From an uncultured Acidobacteriaceae bacterium (GTDB lineage Bacteria > Acidobacteriota > Terriglobia > Terriglobales > Acidobacteriaceae): 64,000 nt of DNA. Where the stretch lies: contig CAVYCQ010000003.1 of NCBI GenBank assembly GCA_963767045.1, forward strand, positions 658,238 through 722,237, in the 5' to 3' direction. The notes beneath the pieces are model-generated. The model saw only the letters and a program-made list of their open reading frames with translations. It had not been told where the DNA came from and searched no databases. A program made the translations under genes and the position numbers. Positions 46,784 through 56,748 of this stretch are shown here, one piece after another (positions within the stretch are counted from its first letter, which is position 1; every line of letters begins with the position of its first letter).

Positions 46784-49483
46784 ATGGACTGGATCCACAT
46801 TCTGCTTAGCCGGGGCGCAGCACTCTTCCGCCGCAGGAATCTGGACGCCGATCTGGATGAAGAGCTGCGCACGCACATTGAACTGGCCATTGAAGAAAAT
46901 CGCGCGCGGGGAATGAGTGCCTCGCAGGCACGCGACGCGGCTTTGCGCGCGTTTGGCGGCGTCACGCAGATCCGCGAGACCTACCGCCTTCAGCGGGGCC
47001 TGCCCTGGCTCGAAGAGGTCGCTCGCGACCTCCGCTATGCCGTTCGTCAACTGCGCAAGTCGCGCGGGTTCGCGCTCACTGCCATCCTTACCCTTGGGCT
47101 GGGCATCGGCGCCGCTACTTCGGTCTTCAGCGTGGTTAATGCCGTCTTGCTCAGGCCCTTCGCCTTTCGCGACCCGGGCCGCCTGGTGGTATTGCGCGAG
47201 GCGGTAGAAGACAAGGCGCCCAGCGAGCGAGAGTTAATCCCAGACAACTACCGGCATTTCCAGCGACTGAAAACAACCGCGGCGACCCTCGAAGACGCGG
47301 CGATCTTTGCTCAACAGGGAAAGAGCGTTTCTCCCAATGGAGATCATCCTCGCATCGTGGGCGCCGTGACCGCTTCGCCCAACATCTTTCGCCTGCTTGG
47401 GATTCAACCCATCCTGGGCCGGGACTTCGTCAGCGACGACGCGCGGCAAAATGCCGGAGGCGTCGTGATCCTGAGCTATGGCGGCTGGCAGACATTCTTT
47501 GCAGGCGACCCCGCGGTAATCGGCAAGACGCTGCGTATCGACGGCCATCCGATGACCGTCATCGGTGTGCTGCCGGCGGGTATGCGATTTCCGCAAATCG
47601 CATTGGCGCCAAAGATCGCTTTTCAGGAAACCGCCGGGGATGTTCTGCTCTTTGAGCCGCTGACGCCGAGCGAGTACGACCTGAATAAAGATATGGGCAA
47701 CTTCAACTACAAGGCGATCGCGCGCCTCAAGCCGGGTGTGACGTTGCCTCAGGCGAATACGGAACTGCAGACCCTGCAGAAGGCTTACACGCTTTCCGCG
47801 CATCTACCGCTTGATTTTGGCATTGCCCTCACGCCGCTGGAGAAGGATGTCGCGTCCGGGGTAAGCGGCGCGCTGTGGCTGCTGCTTGCGGCGGTGGGGG
47901 CAGTGCTGCTGATCGCGTGTGTGAATCTTGCCAATCTGCAACTCGCCCGCGCCGTCAATGCGGAACGGGAGACTGCCGTGCGCGCCGCACTGGGCGCCAG
48001 CCGCGGCCAACTGGTGAGGTCGCGCCTAGCCGAGAGCCTGGTGTTGGCACTCGCCGGCAGCGCAACCGGCACAGCGCTTGCCTTCGGCGGCGTACGGCTG
48101 TTGATCGCATGGGCGCCGGCGAATATCCCTCGTCTCGACGAGGTGCGGGTAAGCCTGCCTGTCCTCATTTTTAGCGCCGGTCTGTCGATTGCAGCAGCAA
48201 TCATGTTTGGTATCTTGCCTTTCCTGCACTCCCTTCGTGTTGCTCCGCAAACTGCGCTGCAAGCAAGGTCCACACGCGCGGCAGGCACGCAACGGAGCCG
48301 CCGCACGCGTAGCCTGATGGTGGCGGGGCAGGTAGCTTGCACCATGGTCCTGCTCATCGTTACCTCCCTGGTACTGCGTAGCCTCTCTCACCTTCTGGGG
48401 CAGGATCGCGGCTTCGACGCAAGCCATGTCACGATCGCGCAGGCCGACCTCTTCGCGTTGCAATACGACAACGCCAGTCCCAAGGGGAATACAGCCAGGT
48501 TGGCCTTTGCCGATAGGGCGCTCGCAGCCTTGAGTCAATTGCCTGGCGTGCAATCGGTCGCCCTCACCAGCGTGGCGCCGTTAGCCGGCGAAACCTGGGT
48601 GGATACTCTTTCGCGGCCGGATCATCCGGTGCCAGCCGGGAAGCAGCCGGCGATCAACGTGCGTTGGATTAATCCCGCATATCTGCTCACTATGCAAAGT
48701 CCCCTTGTCGCTGGGCGCAACATCGACCCGGCTGATCGCGCCAACCCCTATGTCGCGCTCATCTCAGAGAAAACGGCGCGCGAAGGCTTTCCTGGCGAGA
48801 ATCCCATCGGGCGAACGATTTCCGATATTGTTCCCGACGACCAACATGCTGTCACCGTCATCGGAGTCGTCGCCAATACGCGCATTAATGGGCTTAAGGA
48901 CGAGGCCGCCATGGTCTATCTCCCCTACTGGGCCTATACGCCGCTCACGTTATCGTTCCTGGTGCGCAGCTCGCAAACCAGCGAAGGGTTAATTCCCGAA
49001 TTGCGGCATGAGCTCTGGCAGATCGATCCCCAGGTGGCGATTCCAACGCTCAAGTCCATGGATGATCAGATCAGCAATTCCGTGGCAGGCGACCGTTTCC
49101 AAGCCACGATTCTGAGCAGTTTTGGCGTGGCGGCATTATTGCTGGCCTTACTCGGAGTGTATGGCGTGCTTGCGTACTCGGTCACGCTGCGCCAGCAGGA
49201 GTTCGGCATCCGCATCGCACTGGGATCCGGTAAGAGCGCTATGATCGCGCTGGTGATGCGGCAGGCTGCGTATCCCGTCCTCTTGGGCACAGGGATTGGA
49301 CTCATGATGACGACGATCGCACTGCGCTGGGTCCGCACTCTTCTCTATCAAACGCCCGTCATGGACCCGATCGCGATAGGCGGCAGCGTATTGCTGCTTC
49401 TGTTGGCCGCTACGATCGCAGCGATTGTGCCGGCCCGGCGCGCTGCAGCCACCGACCCGATGCAGGTATTGAAGATGGAGTAG
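46784..49483 (+). CDS. ADOP-family MacB/FtsX-like permease, copy 4 (long form with N-terminal cytoplasmic extension)
   Basis: AGGAGG at 46773-46778. MDWIHILLSRGAALFRRRNLDADLDEELRTHIE..FGGVTQIRE.. extension, then DLRYAVRQLRKSRGFAL. Duplicated FtsX halves. C-terminal ARRAAATDPMQVLKME. Confidence 0.9.
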   Translation: MDWIHILLSRGAALFRRRNLDADLDEELRTHIELAIEENRARGMSASQARDAALRAFGGVTQIRETYRLQRGLPWLEEVARDLRYAVRQLRKSRGFALTAILTLGLGIGAATSVFSVVNAVLLRPFAFRDPGRLVVLREAVEDKAPSERELIPDNYRHFQRLKTTAATLEDAAIFAQQGKSVSPNGDHPRIVGAVTASPNIFRLLGIQPILGRDFVSDDARQNAGGVVILSYGGWQTFFAGDPAVIGKTLRIDGHPMTVIGVLPAGMRFPQIALAPKIAFQETAGDVLLFEPLTPSEYDLNKDMGNFNYKAIARLKPGVTLPQANTELQTLQKAYTLSAHLPLDFGIALTPLEKDVASGVSGALWLLLAAVGAVLLIACVNLANLQLARAVNAERETAVRAALGASRGQLVRSRLAESLVLALAGSATGTALAFGGVRLLIAWAPANIPRLDEVRVSLPVLIFSAGLSIAAAIMFGILPFLHSLRVAPQTALQARSTRAAGTQRSRRTRSLMVAGQVACTMVLLIVTSLVLRSLSHLLGQDRGFDASHVTIAQADLFALQYDNASPKGNTARLAFADRALAALSQLPGVQSVALTSVAPLAGETWVDTLSRPDHPVPAGKQPAINVRWINPAYLLTMQSPLVAGRNIDPADRANPYVALISEKTAREGFPGENPIGRTISDIVPDDQHAVTVIGVVANTRINGLKDEAAMVYLPYWAYTPLTLSFLVRSSQTSEGLIPELRHELWQIDPQVAIPTLKSMDDQISNSVAGDRFQATILSSFGVAALLLALLGVYGVLAYSVTLRQQEFGIRIALGSGKSAMIALVMRQAAYPVLLGTGIGLMMTTIALRWVRTLLYQTPVMDPIAIGGSVLLLLLAATIAAIVPARRAAATDPMQVLKME

Positions 49484-49509
49484 GGGCCTTTTCGGCGAGT
49501 ATGCAAGCG

Positions 49510-50601
49510 CTAGCTGATTTCTGTTGCCGTGGTCACGTATTTGAAATTATCCGGGTCGAAAGGATCGATCCGTCCCGCTGAGGTTTCGGCCTGCGGATAC
49601 ATGAAATACACCAACGGTTTGCCGGCAGATCCGGGTAAGGCTACGTCATGAGCGTAGTTGTAGGCCATCCAATTCATCTCCCAAAAGCCGAACAAAGAAC
49701 CGCGCGCCCGCGACACTATTTCCGCGTTCAATGGAAGATTCCCCGGAGGTTCTTCCAACGCTACTTTGCGCACATCGGCTGGGTCCACAGGTACCCATCC
49801 ATGCTCGCGCAGGTAGACTTCTGCGCGACAGTGCTGGCCCTTGGTTGCTATTTCGGTGGGCACGCCAAGGCTTTTGTAGCCCAGGTTTGATTTCGCGATG
49901 CGCAATCCATAGACATGCCTCGCCGGCAGGCCCACCGAGCGGGCCAGGCCGACATACAGAGCGTTCAAGTCGGCACATTTGCCGCCCATATCGCCGGACT
50001 CCAACATGAATCGAATGTCGCCGCGCCCACACCCACGGACTTTCGGGTCTCGAAAAGTATTTGCGACCACCCACTCATAAATAGCCCGCGCCTTCTCGGT
50101 ATCGGTGGTCGCGCCGGCGGTCGCTTTCAGCGCAGTCTGTTTGACAATCCCGTCCGTCGGCACAAATTGACTCGGACGAAGGAAGTAGTCCAGCTCTGCC
50201 TGTGAAGCGTATGGCGGCGTGGCGCGGGAGTTCCAATCGACGGCATAGTTTTTCAGCGCGACGCGGCTGGTCAGGCTCAGCGCAGGCTTCACGTTTGCAG
50301 CATACTTCGCTGACACGATCCCGAGAGCGCTTTGCTTGTCTTTGCTCAGTGTGGCGGTTCCACCCTCTGCCGAGAAATGCGCCGAGAGCGTGTGTTGATA
50401 GGGCGTGTTGCGAATTAGCGGCGCCGGCAGCCAGATGTGGCTGACCCCATCTGGCTGCAGCAACTCCACCCGGGTAACGATCTCAAATGTTCGCCACCCG
50501 GCTGCGGATGGAGTATCGGCCAGGACCGGGATCGCCCTGGAGAGAGCCCAACCAGCACATATCGTGCTGTTCGTTCGCAAGAAATCTCGCCGATTCATCA
50601 T
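49510..50601 (-). CDS. transglutaminase-like cysteine protease-fold protein with Tat-type signal
   Basis: MMNRRDFLRT..VLA signal. Transglutaminase core GGKCADLNALYVGLARSVGLPAR ... HCRAEVYL...GWVPVDPAD (Cys-His-Asp). Confidence 0.8.
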   Translation of the reverse strand: MMNRRDFLRTNSTICAGWALSRAIPVLADTPSAAGWRTFEIVTRVELLQPDGVSHIWLPAPLIRNTPYQHTLSAHFSAEGGTATLSKDKQSALGIVSAKYAANVKPALSLTSRVALKNYAVDWNSRATPPYASQAELDYFLRPSQFVPTDGIVKQTALKATAGATTDTEKARAIYEWVVANTFRDPKVRGCGRGDIRFMLESGDMGGKCADLNALYVGLARSVGLPARHVYGLRIAKSNLGYKSLGVPTEIATKGQHCRAEVYLREHGWVPVDPADVRKVALEEPPGNLPLNAEIVSRARGSLFGFWEMNWMAYNYAHDVALPGSAGKPLVYFMYPQAETSAGRIDPFDPDNFKYVTTATEIS

Positions 50602-50874
50602 GCGCCTCGAAAATCGTCATCAACGACACTTGGGTGGGAGGCCAGCGGCCGATTCAAATGAGACCAATTCAGCTCATGATACGGAATCGAGGCTCGACAC
50701 TGTCATTACTGTAGCAAGTAACATAATGGCAGGATGTTCTTTGCGCCTGCCTCCACCGAATGGATGAGGCTGGGCCACACCAATGGATGGAGGCTTCAGC
50801 TGCTCTCGTTCAGAGGCCCGTAGAAATGCGAGCAGCGCCGGGTGATTTTCAAGGTGCGGGAGAATCTGACCAGG

Positions 50875-51303
50875 CTATGTGAGACTTGCGTCGTAGGCTA
50901 GTCCTTTGACCGCGAGCTGCGTTTCGCGAATCATCTGGACACAGCCGCAGACCAGCGCGATGACCGCTGATGCTCCACAGGCGACGCCAATTCCAGCTGC
51001 TATTCGGAAGGCCGATGGCCAGCCGTAATACACCAGGATAGAACCGGCAATCGAGATGAGCGCCGAACTGGCAAACAGTCCGAGACCCAAGTAAAAGCAG
51101 CGAAGCGCTTGTAAGAGCAGTTGAGCGCGCGTTTGCAGTGCGGCAAGCTCGACAACCGACACCTCATGATCCCTGGTGCCCGGTTCAAGCTTTATTAATT
51201 GCGCGGTCACAGCGTGAGAACGATCGGCCACGCGTGCGAGGCGATTGTTTGTACCCAGGGCCAAAACGGACGATGCGTTGGTGAGGACCGCTGGGGCTAC
51301 CAC
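50875..51303 (-). CDS. DUF2721 domain-containing membrane protein
   Basis: APAVL..ASSVLALGTNNRLARV..R, a central amphipathic region and C-terminal TM helices match my recollection of DUF2721. GTG start is uncertain. Confidence 0.6.
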   Translation of the reverse strand: MVAPAVLTNASSVLALGTNNRLARVADRSHAVTAQLIKLEPGTRDHEVSVVELAALQTRAQLLLQALRCFYLGLGLFASSALISIAGSILVYYGWPSAFRIAAGIGVACGASAVIALVCGCVQMIRETQLAVKGLAYDASLT

Positions 51304-51359
51304 GACGGTGAGGATCGAAAACGGATCGAGAGACCGAAGTAATTTCCATCATTCCATCC

Positions 51360-52088
51360 TCAGAACGATGATTTTCGGCCCTGTTGTTGAGATTGCTGGG
51401 CGCTGTTCAGCCACAGGATGAAGATTGCTTCCGCTTGGTCTTTCGTATGATTGGCAATCAGGAAGTGGTACTTTTCGCCCGACTCAAGAACTACACCATC
51501 TTTATGAACTTTTGCAATGGATCCGACCGGAATGTTCAGGTCAGCCTCACTCGGGCATTTGAAATGGAGTTCGGAGCTCGTCAGTTCGAGTTGGCCGGTG
51601 CAACTGCCAAACACCTTTTTATGGGTAGCCTGATATTTCATCGGACGGTAATGCGGCGTTGGGGAACCGGGCAACTTCGACATCGCAGCTTTGCCCGGCA
51701 CGATCGGATCCCCGGCCTGTGCCGTAACAACCGGAGCGTTTGGAGATGGCGCTGACGCCGGTTGCGCCGGTGAAGATGGTTGGGATGTTGGGCCCGCCTG
51801 GAGCTGATTGTCTGGCTTTAGAGTTGCACTGGTGGGCTTTTTGAATGATATGAAGGTATACAGCCCACATAAAACAGCAATCCCGAGAAGGACCATGGGA
51901 CCTTTGCCTGCCAAACTACGCGGCCAGAATCCCGGCCATGAGCCTTCGGTCTTCGCCTTAATCGAATCGATCGGCCGAAAATCATTTCTATCCCCGCGCA
52001 CAGAGTCGAAGGGAATTACATCCCGCCTGGCAGGGCGTTGGCCGTTTTTGCCTTTGCCCTCGGAATGTAAATCGAAATCGCTCGCCAC
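51360..52088 (-). CDS. hypothetical single-pass membrane protein with Pro/Ser/Ala-rich linker and small C-terminal beta-rich domain
   Basis: 242-aa ORF. TM segment MVLLGIAVLCGLYTFISF, low-complexity QPSSPAQPASAPSPNAP, then a folded-looking tail of about 90 aa. No family recognised. Confidence 0.55.
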   Translation of the reverse strand: MASDFDLHSEGKGKNGQRPARRDVIPFDSVRGDRNDFRPIDSIKAKTEGSWPGFWPRSLAGKGPMVLLGIAVLCGLYTFISFKKPTSATLKPDNQLQAGPTSQPSSPAQPASAPSPNAPVVTAQAGDPIVPGKAAMSKLPGSPTPHYRPMKYQATHKKVFGSCTGQLELTSSELHFKCPSEADLNIPVGSIAKVHKDGVVLESGEKYHFLIANHTKDQAEAIFILWLNSAQQSQQQGRKSSF

Positions 52089-52418
52089 ACTGAACCTCCC
52101 TCACTCCCAACTTATTTTAAAGCTCTCAGAGTGTAGTTCCGCATCGCGAACATAACAAATTCGGGGGGTAGCGATTTCGTAGTTGCGCCCTCCCCCTCTG
52201 CCCAAGTTGTTAATTTTGCAGGCCATAGCGAAGACTGCACAACCGCAGGGGGTGGTGGTGATTACTTTACGATATTCCCTCCGAAACAGTGAATGAGCGT
52301 GGGATTTTCCTAGTCGTGGGTAACACAAAAGGTGTGACTATTGGATTCAAGGGAGGCGCTGCACAATTTCAGCGCCGGAAAAGGGCCCTCTGCGTTCGAA
52401 ATTTGAGAGACTTCATGG

Positions 52419-53039
52419 ATGGAACTAATGAGGAAGCCGGCGCGATTTCTGCTAAGCGCTCTTTGTCTGCTGCTATTTATTCCTCGCGCCCACGCGCAGG
52501 AGACGATCATTGCTATCCGTCACGCCGAGAAGCCCCCGGCGAGCCTTGGGCAGCTCACCTGCAAGGGCCTGAATCGCGCTTTGGCATTGCCCAAGGTGCT
52601 CGTTCCACGCTACGGAAAGCCGGCCCGGATTTATGCGCCAGACCCCGGTGCACGGATCGGGCGATTGGGCAATTTGAACTATTCCTACGTGCGGCCACTG
52701 ATGACGATTGAGCCGACAGCTATCCAGTTGGAAATGCCGGTGAATGCACTGATCGGCTTCAAGAACGTTGGGCAGCTAAGAAAAGAGCTGCTGGACCCGG
52801 AAAACGCAAATTCGGTAATCTATCTGGCCTGGGAGCACGCCTATCTGAATGAATTTGCAAAGCGGCTGCTCAAAGCTTATGGGAAGGATCCATCGGTTGT
52901 TCCTGAATGGCCGAACGACGAGTACGACCGGATTTACATCTTTAAGATCACGGACGTGGACGGGAAAAAAGATTTGAAGTTTAGCATCGAGCAGCAAGGG
53001 CTGACAGATTCGCTGAGCGACAAATGCCCAGGACAGTGA
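52419..53039 (+). CDS. secreted histidine-phosphatase-superfamily-like protein (tentative)
   Basis: Signal peptide ..LLLFIPRAHAQE, then IIAIRHAEKP (RHGE-like motif) and a later LAWEHAY His. The assignment is tentative. Confidence 0.5.
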   Translation: MELMRKPARFLLSALCLLLFIPRAHAQETIIAIRHAEKPPASLGQLTCKGLNRALALPKVLVPRYGKPARIYAPDPGARIGRLGNLNYSYVRPLMTIEPTAIQLEMPVNALIGFKNVGQLRKELLDPENANSVIYLAWEHAYLNEFAKRLLKAYGKDPSVVPEWPNDEYDRIYIFKITDVDGKKDLKFSIEQQGLTDSLSDKCPGQ

Positions 53040-53094
53040 ATCAGGGAGCGGGCATGCGTGGCTGTGAAAGAATGATTGTTCGTAGGGGGACAGA

Positions 53095-53706
53095 ATGCCC
53101 ATTGATCCGAAGACGACCGCCCTGTTGCTTATCGAGTACCAAAATGATTTCACCAGCGAAGGCGGCGCATTGCATCAAGGGGTGAAGGCAGTGATGCAGA
53201 GCACTGACATGCTCGCTCATTCGGTTCAGGTTGCGAACCAGGCGCGAGCGGCAGGAGTCACGGTGATGTTCGCTCCAATCTCGTTTGCCAAGGGGTATCG
53301 GGAGATCACCTCGCATCCTTATGGCATTCTCAAAGGTGTGGTGGACTCGAATGCATTCGTACGCGGCACGTGGGGCGCTGCCATCGCGGACGCGATTTCG
53401 CCGGCCCCCGAAGACATAGTGATCGAAGGAAAGCGCGGGCTCGATACCTTTGCCAGCACGAATTTAGATTTCATCCTTCGATCCCGCGGAATTAAAACCT
53501 TGGCTGTTGCGGGATTTCTGACCAATTGCTGTGTTGAATCGACGGCGCGTACCGGCTATGAGAAGGGGTTCAGCGTGGTTGCTCTCGCTGATTGCGCGGC
53601 GACGCTCTCCGAGGAGGAACAACGGTTTACGTTCGAGAAAAACTTGCCCATGTTTGCCCGAATCCTCACCCATAAAGAGTTCCTGGCGGACCTGGTTTCC
53701 GAGTGA
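53095..53706 (+). CDS. isochorismatase-family cysteine hydrolase
   Basis: TALLLIEYQNDF (Asp), K in the IEGKRGLDTF region, and GFLTNCCVESTARTGYEKGF (catalytic Cys). Confidence 0.85.
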   Translation: MPIDPKTTALLLIEYQNDFTSEGGALHQGVKAVMQSTDMLAHSVQVANQARAAGVTVMFAPISFAKGYREITSHPYGILKGVVDSNAFVRGTWGAAIADAISPAPEDIVIEGKRGLDTFASTNLDFILRSRGIKTLAVAGFLTNCCVESTARTGYEKGFSVVALADCAATLSEEEQRFTFEKNLPMFARILTHKEFLADLVSE

Positions 53707-53818
53707 TGACGATTGAGTAACTCGAGCAGAGAATTTACGAGCGAATGACGGTTCCAGCGGCTATACTGCGCGCGTGCATTCAGTTGGACGGATTGCGCAA
53801 ATTCACCGTGGTGTGACC

Positions 53819-55714
53819 ATGCCCCGATTTCTCGGCCCTGCCGTTCTGTTTTTATCTACTCTTCCTGGTTCAATCGCCGGCGCACAAACCGTGCAATTCC
53901 TTACCGGTACGGCTCCGATGGCTACTTCGGCTGCTGCCCCAGCTGGTGCGACTTTCAGCACAACACCTTTCAGCACATACTTTGGCGCCAATATTGATCC
54001 ATCCTTCACCAACCTGCAGGGTCAGGTGACCGCAGACTTCAATGGTGATGGCGCACCGGATTTAGTTATTTACGGAATAGTTAACAATGGCGCGAGCCCC
54101 TACCCGGTCAGGGTCCAGAGTTTTACCTCGAACGGGAAAGGGGGCTTCACCGCCGGCACAGTGCAGCAACTGACGCTGCCGGCGATACCTTCAGGCAACG
54201 TTGCGGTCGCTTCAACGCCACCTGCGATCGATGTGAACGGCGACGGCAAGCTTGACCTGCTGATCGGCGCAGCGGTGGCCTACGGCAATGGCGATGGCAG
54301 CTTTCAGCAGCCAGTGACACCCTCATTTCTCTCATCAGGATTTGAGGGAACTTACGCGGCCGATGTCACGGGAGATGGCAAACCCGACATCATCGCAGTG
54401 AATCCAATTCCCTCGGCATCCCAGGGTTCCAGCATTCCCTTAGAGGTTACGGTGTTTGCCAACCAGGGCAGCGGCAACTTCCAGTCGCTCGGGGTCTTCA
54501 CGCTCGGGACAGGACTGCCGGGACCCGTTTCCCTTGCCTCGCTCAGTTTTGTTGATTTGAATGGCGATGGAAAACTGGATCTTGTGACGCAGATGTACTT
54601 CCTTGGATTCGGCAATGCAGCTATGCCGGCCACGATCACCACCCTGTTGAACAACGGCGACGGAAGCTTTGCGACTGCCCAGCCGGTAAATTACACGGCA
54701 CAACAAAACGGCGGTTCGATCGAGTTGCTGGGTGCGCTGGCAGCCGACTTCAATGGCGACGACAAGGTGGATCTCGCGCTCGTTTATCCGCCGCCTAACC
54801 AAACAAGCTTGACCTACCTTTCGCAAATTATTTTCTTGCCCGGCAACGGCAATGGCACGTTCGGGACAGCGATCAATTCAACGATCAGCACCACGGTGCA
54901 AGCGGGCGCCACGAGCGCACAGGCGCCGGCAGGCAATGCGGTTGTTACAGATGTCAACCTGGATGGCGCACTCGATCTAGTGTTTGGTAGTGGGGCGGTA
55001 GCAGTGGGAGATGGCAAAGGTGATTTTTCTGCGGGCACGCCGGTGGTGGCAGTGGCTATACCCAGTCTTCCCACTGCGATCAACTACGTCAACATCGCTT
55101 CCCTGGGAACCATCCGACCTGCAGGAAATGCCTATCCGAACCTTGTCTTCGCTGCACCTTCGGTCGCTGCTTCGGCACCGTTTCCGCTGGTAGCAATCTC
55201 CAACTCTTCTGCCTTTTCTGTACAGAGTAGTGGTGGAAGCCCGACGATTACGGTCAAGTCAGGGCAGAGTGCGACCGCTTCGCTCAGCGTGACGGGTGCG
55301 GCAAGTTACGCCGGCAGCGTCACCTTGACCTGCACCGCATTGCCGCCAGGTGCGGCGTGCACTTTCAATCCGGCCACTGTCAACCTTGCCGGGGGCACGG
55401 CCCAATCATCCACGCTGACCGTTTCCACGTCAGCCGGCAATATGGGGGGTATGGTCAAACCCTTCCTGGGACCTGGCATGACAACGTTGAGTTGCGGGAT
55501 CTTTGCCGGCAGCCTATTACTCTGGCCGAAACGACGCCGCGCGTACTGGATGATCCTTGCACTCATCGGCATCACTTTGCTGCCGTTGGGTTGTGGTGGC
55601 AATGGGTCATCGTCGTCTTCTGGTAACACGCCTGCAGGCACCTATACCTTCCAAGTGATTGCGACGGCAGGAGCGACGCAAAGCACAACGAGTTGCACGC
55701 TTATCGTCCAATAG
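53819..55714 (+). CDS. FG-GAP/VCBS-repeat (beta-propeller) surface protein with Ig-like region and C-terminal hydrophobic segments
   Basis: Signal peptide MPRFLGPAVLFLSTLPGSIAGAQ. At least six D.NGDG..DL repeats. Ig-like SVTLTCTALPPGAACTFNPATV. Unusual tail (see findings). Confidence 0.8.
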   Translation: MPRFLGPAVLFLSTLPGSIAGAQTVQFLTGTAPMATSAAAPAGATFSTTPFSTYFGANIDPSFTNLQGQVTADFNGDGAPDLVIYGIVNNGASPYPVRVQSFTSNGKGGFTAGTVQQLTLPAIPSGNVAVASTPPAIDVNGDGKLDLLIGAAVAYGNGDGSFQQPVTPSFLSSGFEGTYAADVTGDGKPDIIAVNPIPSASQGSSIPLEVTVFANQGSGNFQSLGVFTLGTGLPGPVSLASLSFVDLNGDGKLDLVTQMYFLGFGNAAMPATITTLLNNGDGSFATAQPVNYTAQQNGGSIELLGALAADFNGDDKVDLALVYPPPNQTSLTYLSQIIFLPGNGNGTFGTAINSTISTTVQAGATSAQAPAGNAVVTDVNLDGALDLVFGSGAVAVGDGKGDFSAGTPVVAVAIPSLPTAINYVNIASLGTIRPAGNAYPNLVFAAPSVAASAPFPLVAISNSSAFSVQSSGGSPTITVKSGQSATASLSVTGAASYAGSVTLTCTALPPGAACTFNPATVNLAGGTAQSSTLTVSTSAGNMGGMVKPFLGPGMTTLSCGIFAGSLLLWPKRRRAYWMILALIGITLLPLGCGGNGSSSSSGNTPAGTYTFQVIATAGATQSTTSCTLIVQ

Positions 55715-55735
55715 GATTGGCAGGGAAAGTCGAGG

Positions 55736-56137
55736 CTAAGTCTTGACGGCGCTTGATTTAGTTTTCGTCCCTGGTCGCTTGACTTTACGCGGCGGCACAT
55801 AGTGAAAGCGAATCAAGTAGATAATTTCGCCTTTGCCGTGCTTGGCTACCTTGAGCAGGTCCAGCACACCGAGGAAGCCCGATGCGCGCGCCAACGCTGG
55901 AGTAATATCCGGGAGACCGATGGTCTCGATCGAGTCCACCTCGATCTCACCCTCGTCCATGCCGTATCGTGCGCCCACCGTAACGTGAGGACGCAGCCAG
56001 AATCGGACGCTGCACGTAATCTCTCCGCGGCGAACTCCCTCGCGAAGCCGTTTGGTAAACATCATGGGGCACCTGTCCGCTACGGTGACATGATACTTAG
56101 AATCGTGATCTTGCAGAAAATCGTAGGCTGAACCCAT
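55736..56137 (-). CDS. ASCH/PUA-like domain protein (tentative)
   Basis: FTKRLREGVRRGEITCSVRFW..VGARY resembles ASCH N-terminal strands. Basic C-terminal tail. The start is more likely MMFTKRL at 56065/56062 than 56137. Confidence 0.45.
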   Translation of the reverse strand: MGSAYDFLQDHDSKYHVTVADRCPMMFTKRLREGVRRGEITCSVRFWLRPHVTVGARYGMDEGEIEVDSIETIGLPDITPALARASGFLGVLDLLKVAKHGKGEIIYLIRFHYVPPRKVKRPGTKTKSSAVKT

Positions 56138-56663
56138 GTTCCTGTATTGCGCTCAAGCAGTGGACTACGCTTCAATCGTTGACCTCATCAATCTGTCCTT
56201 TCGTGGCGTTGATCCCGTAGCCAGCTGGAACACAGAAGCAGAGTTCCTCGAGGGGGAACGCTTGACCGAGGCTCTTCTCAAAGAAGACCTGGCGGCAAAG
56301 CCTCACGCGCTATTGTTAACTTATCGTGAGGACCCGAACGGCGAGCTGCTGGGGACGGTTTGGCTGGAGCCAAAGAACGATGGCGTGTGGTACCTCGGCC
56401 TGCTTACTGTCCGTCCAGATTTACAAAACAGGCAGATGGGCCGAACGCTGTTAGCCGCTGCAGAATTGTACGCGAAGCAGCGCGGCGCTAGCCGCATCCG
56501 CATGTCGGTGGTGAACCACCGAAAGACCCTGATCGCGTGGTATGAACGCCGAGGTTACCTTCTGACGGGCGAAACGCAACCCTTTCCTTACCATGACGAA
56601 CGCTTCGGTAGACCACTTCGGGACGATTTGCACTTTGTCCTGCTGGAAAAAGACATCGCATGA
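56136..56663 (+). CDS. GNAT family N-acetyltransferase
   Basis: Acetyl-CoA motif A region VRPDLQNRQMGRTLLAAAELYAKQRG. 175 aa. Confidence 0.8.
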   Translation: MFLYCAQAVDYASIVDLINLSFRGVDPVASWNTEAEFLEGERLTEALLKEDLAAKPHALLLTYREDPNGELLGTVWLEPKNDGVWYLGLLTVRPDLQNRQMGRTLLAAAELYAKQRGASRIRMSVVNHRKTLIAWYERRGYLLTGETQPFPYHDERFGRPLRDDLHFVLLEKDIA

Positions 56664-56748
56664 GCACGAACGCTCGTCGAATTTGTTAGAACTATTTAGG
56701 TGATTGCTGCGTCCAGTTCTCTAGAAGTACGCAACAGGAGTTGATTTG

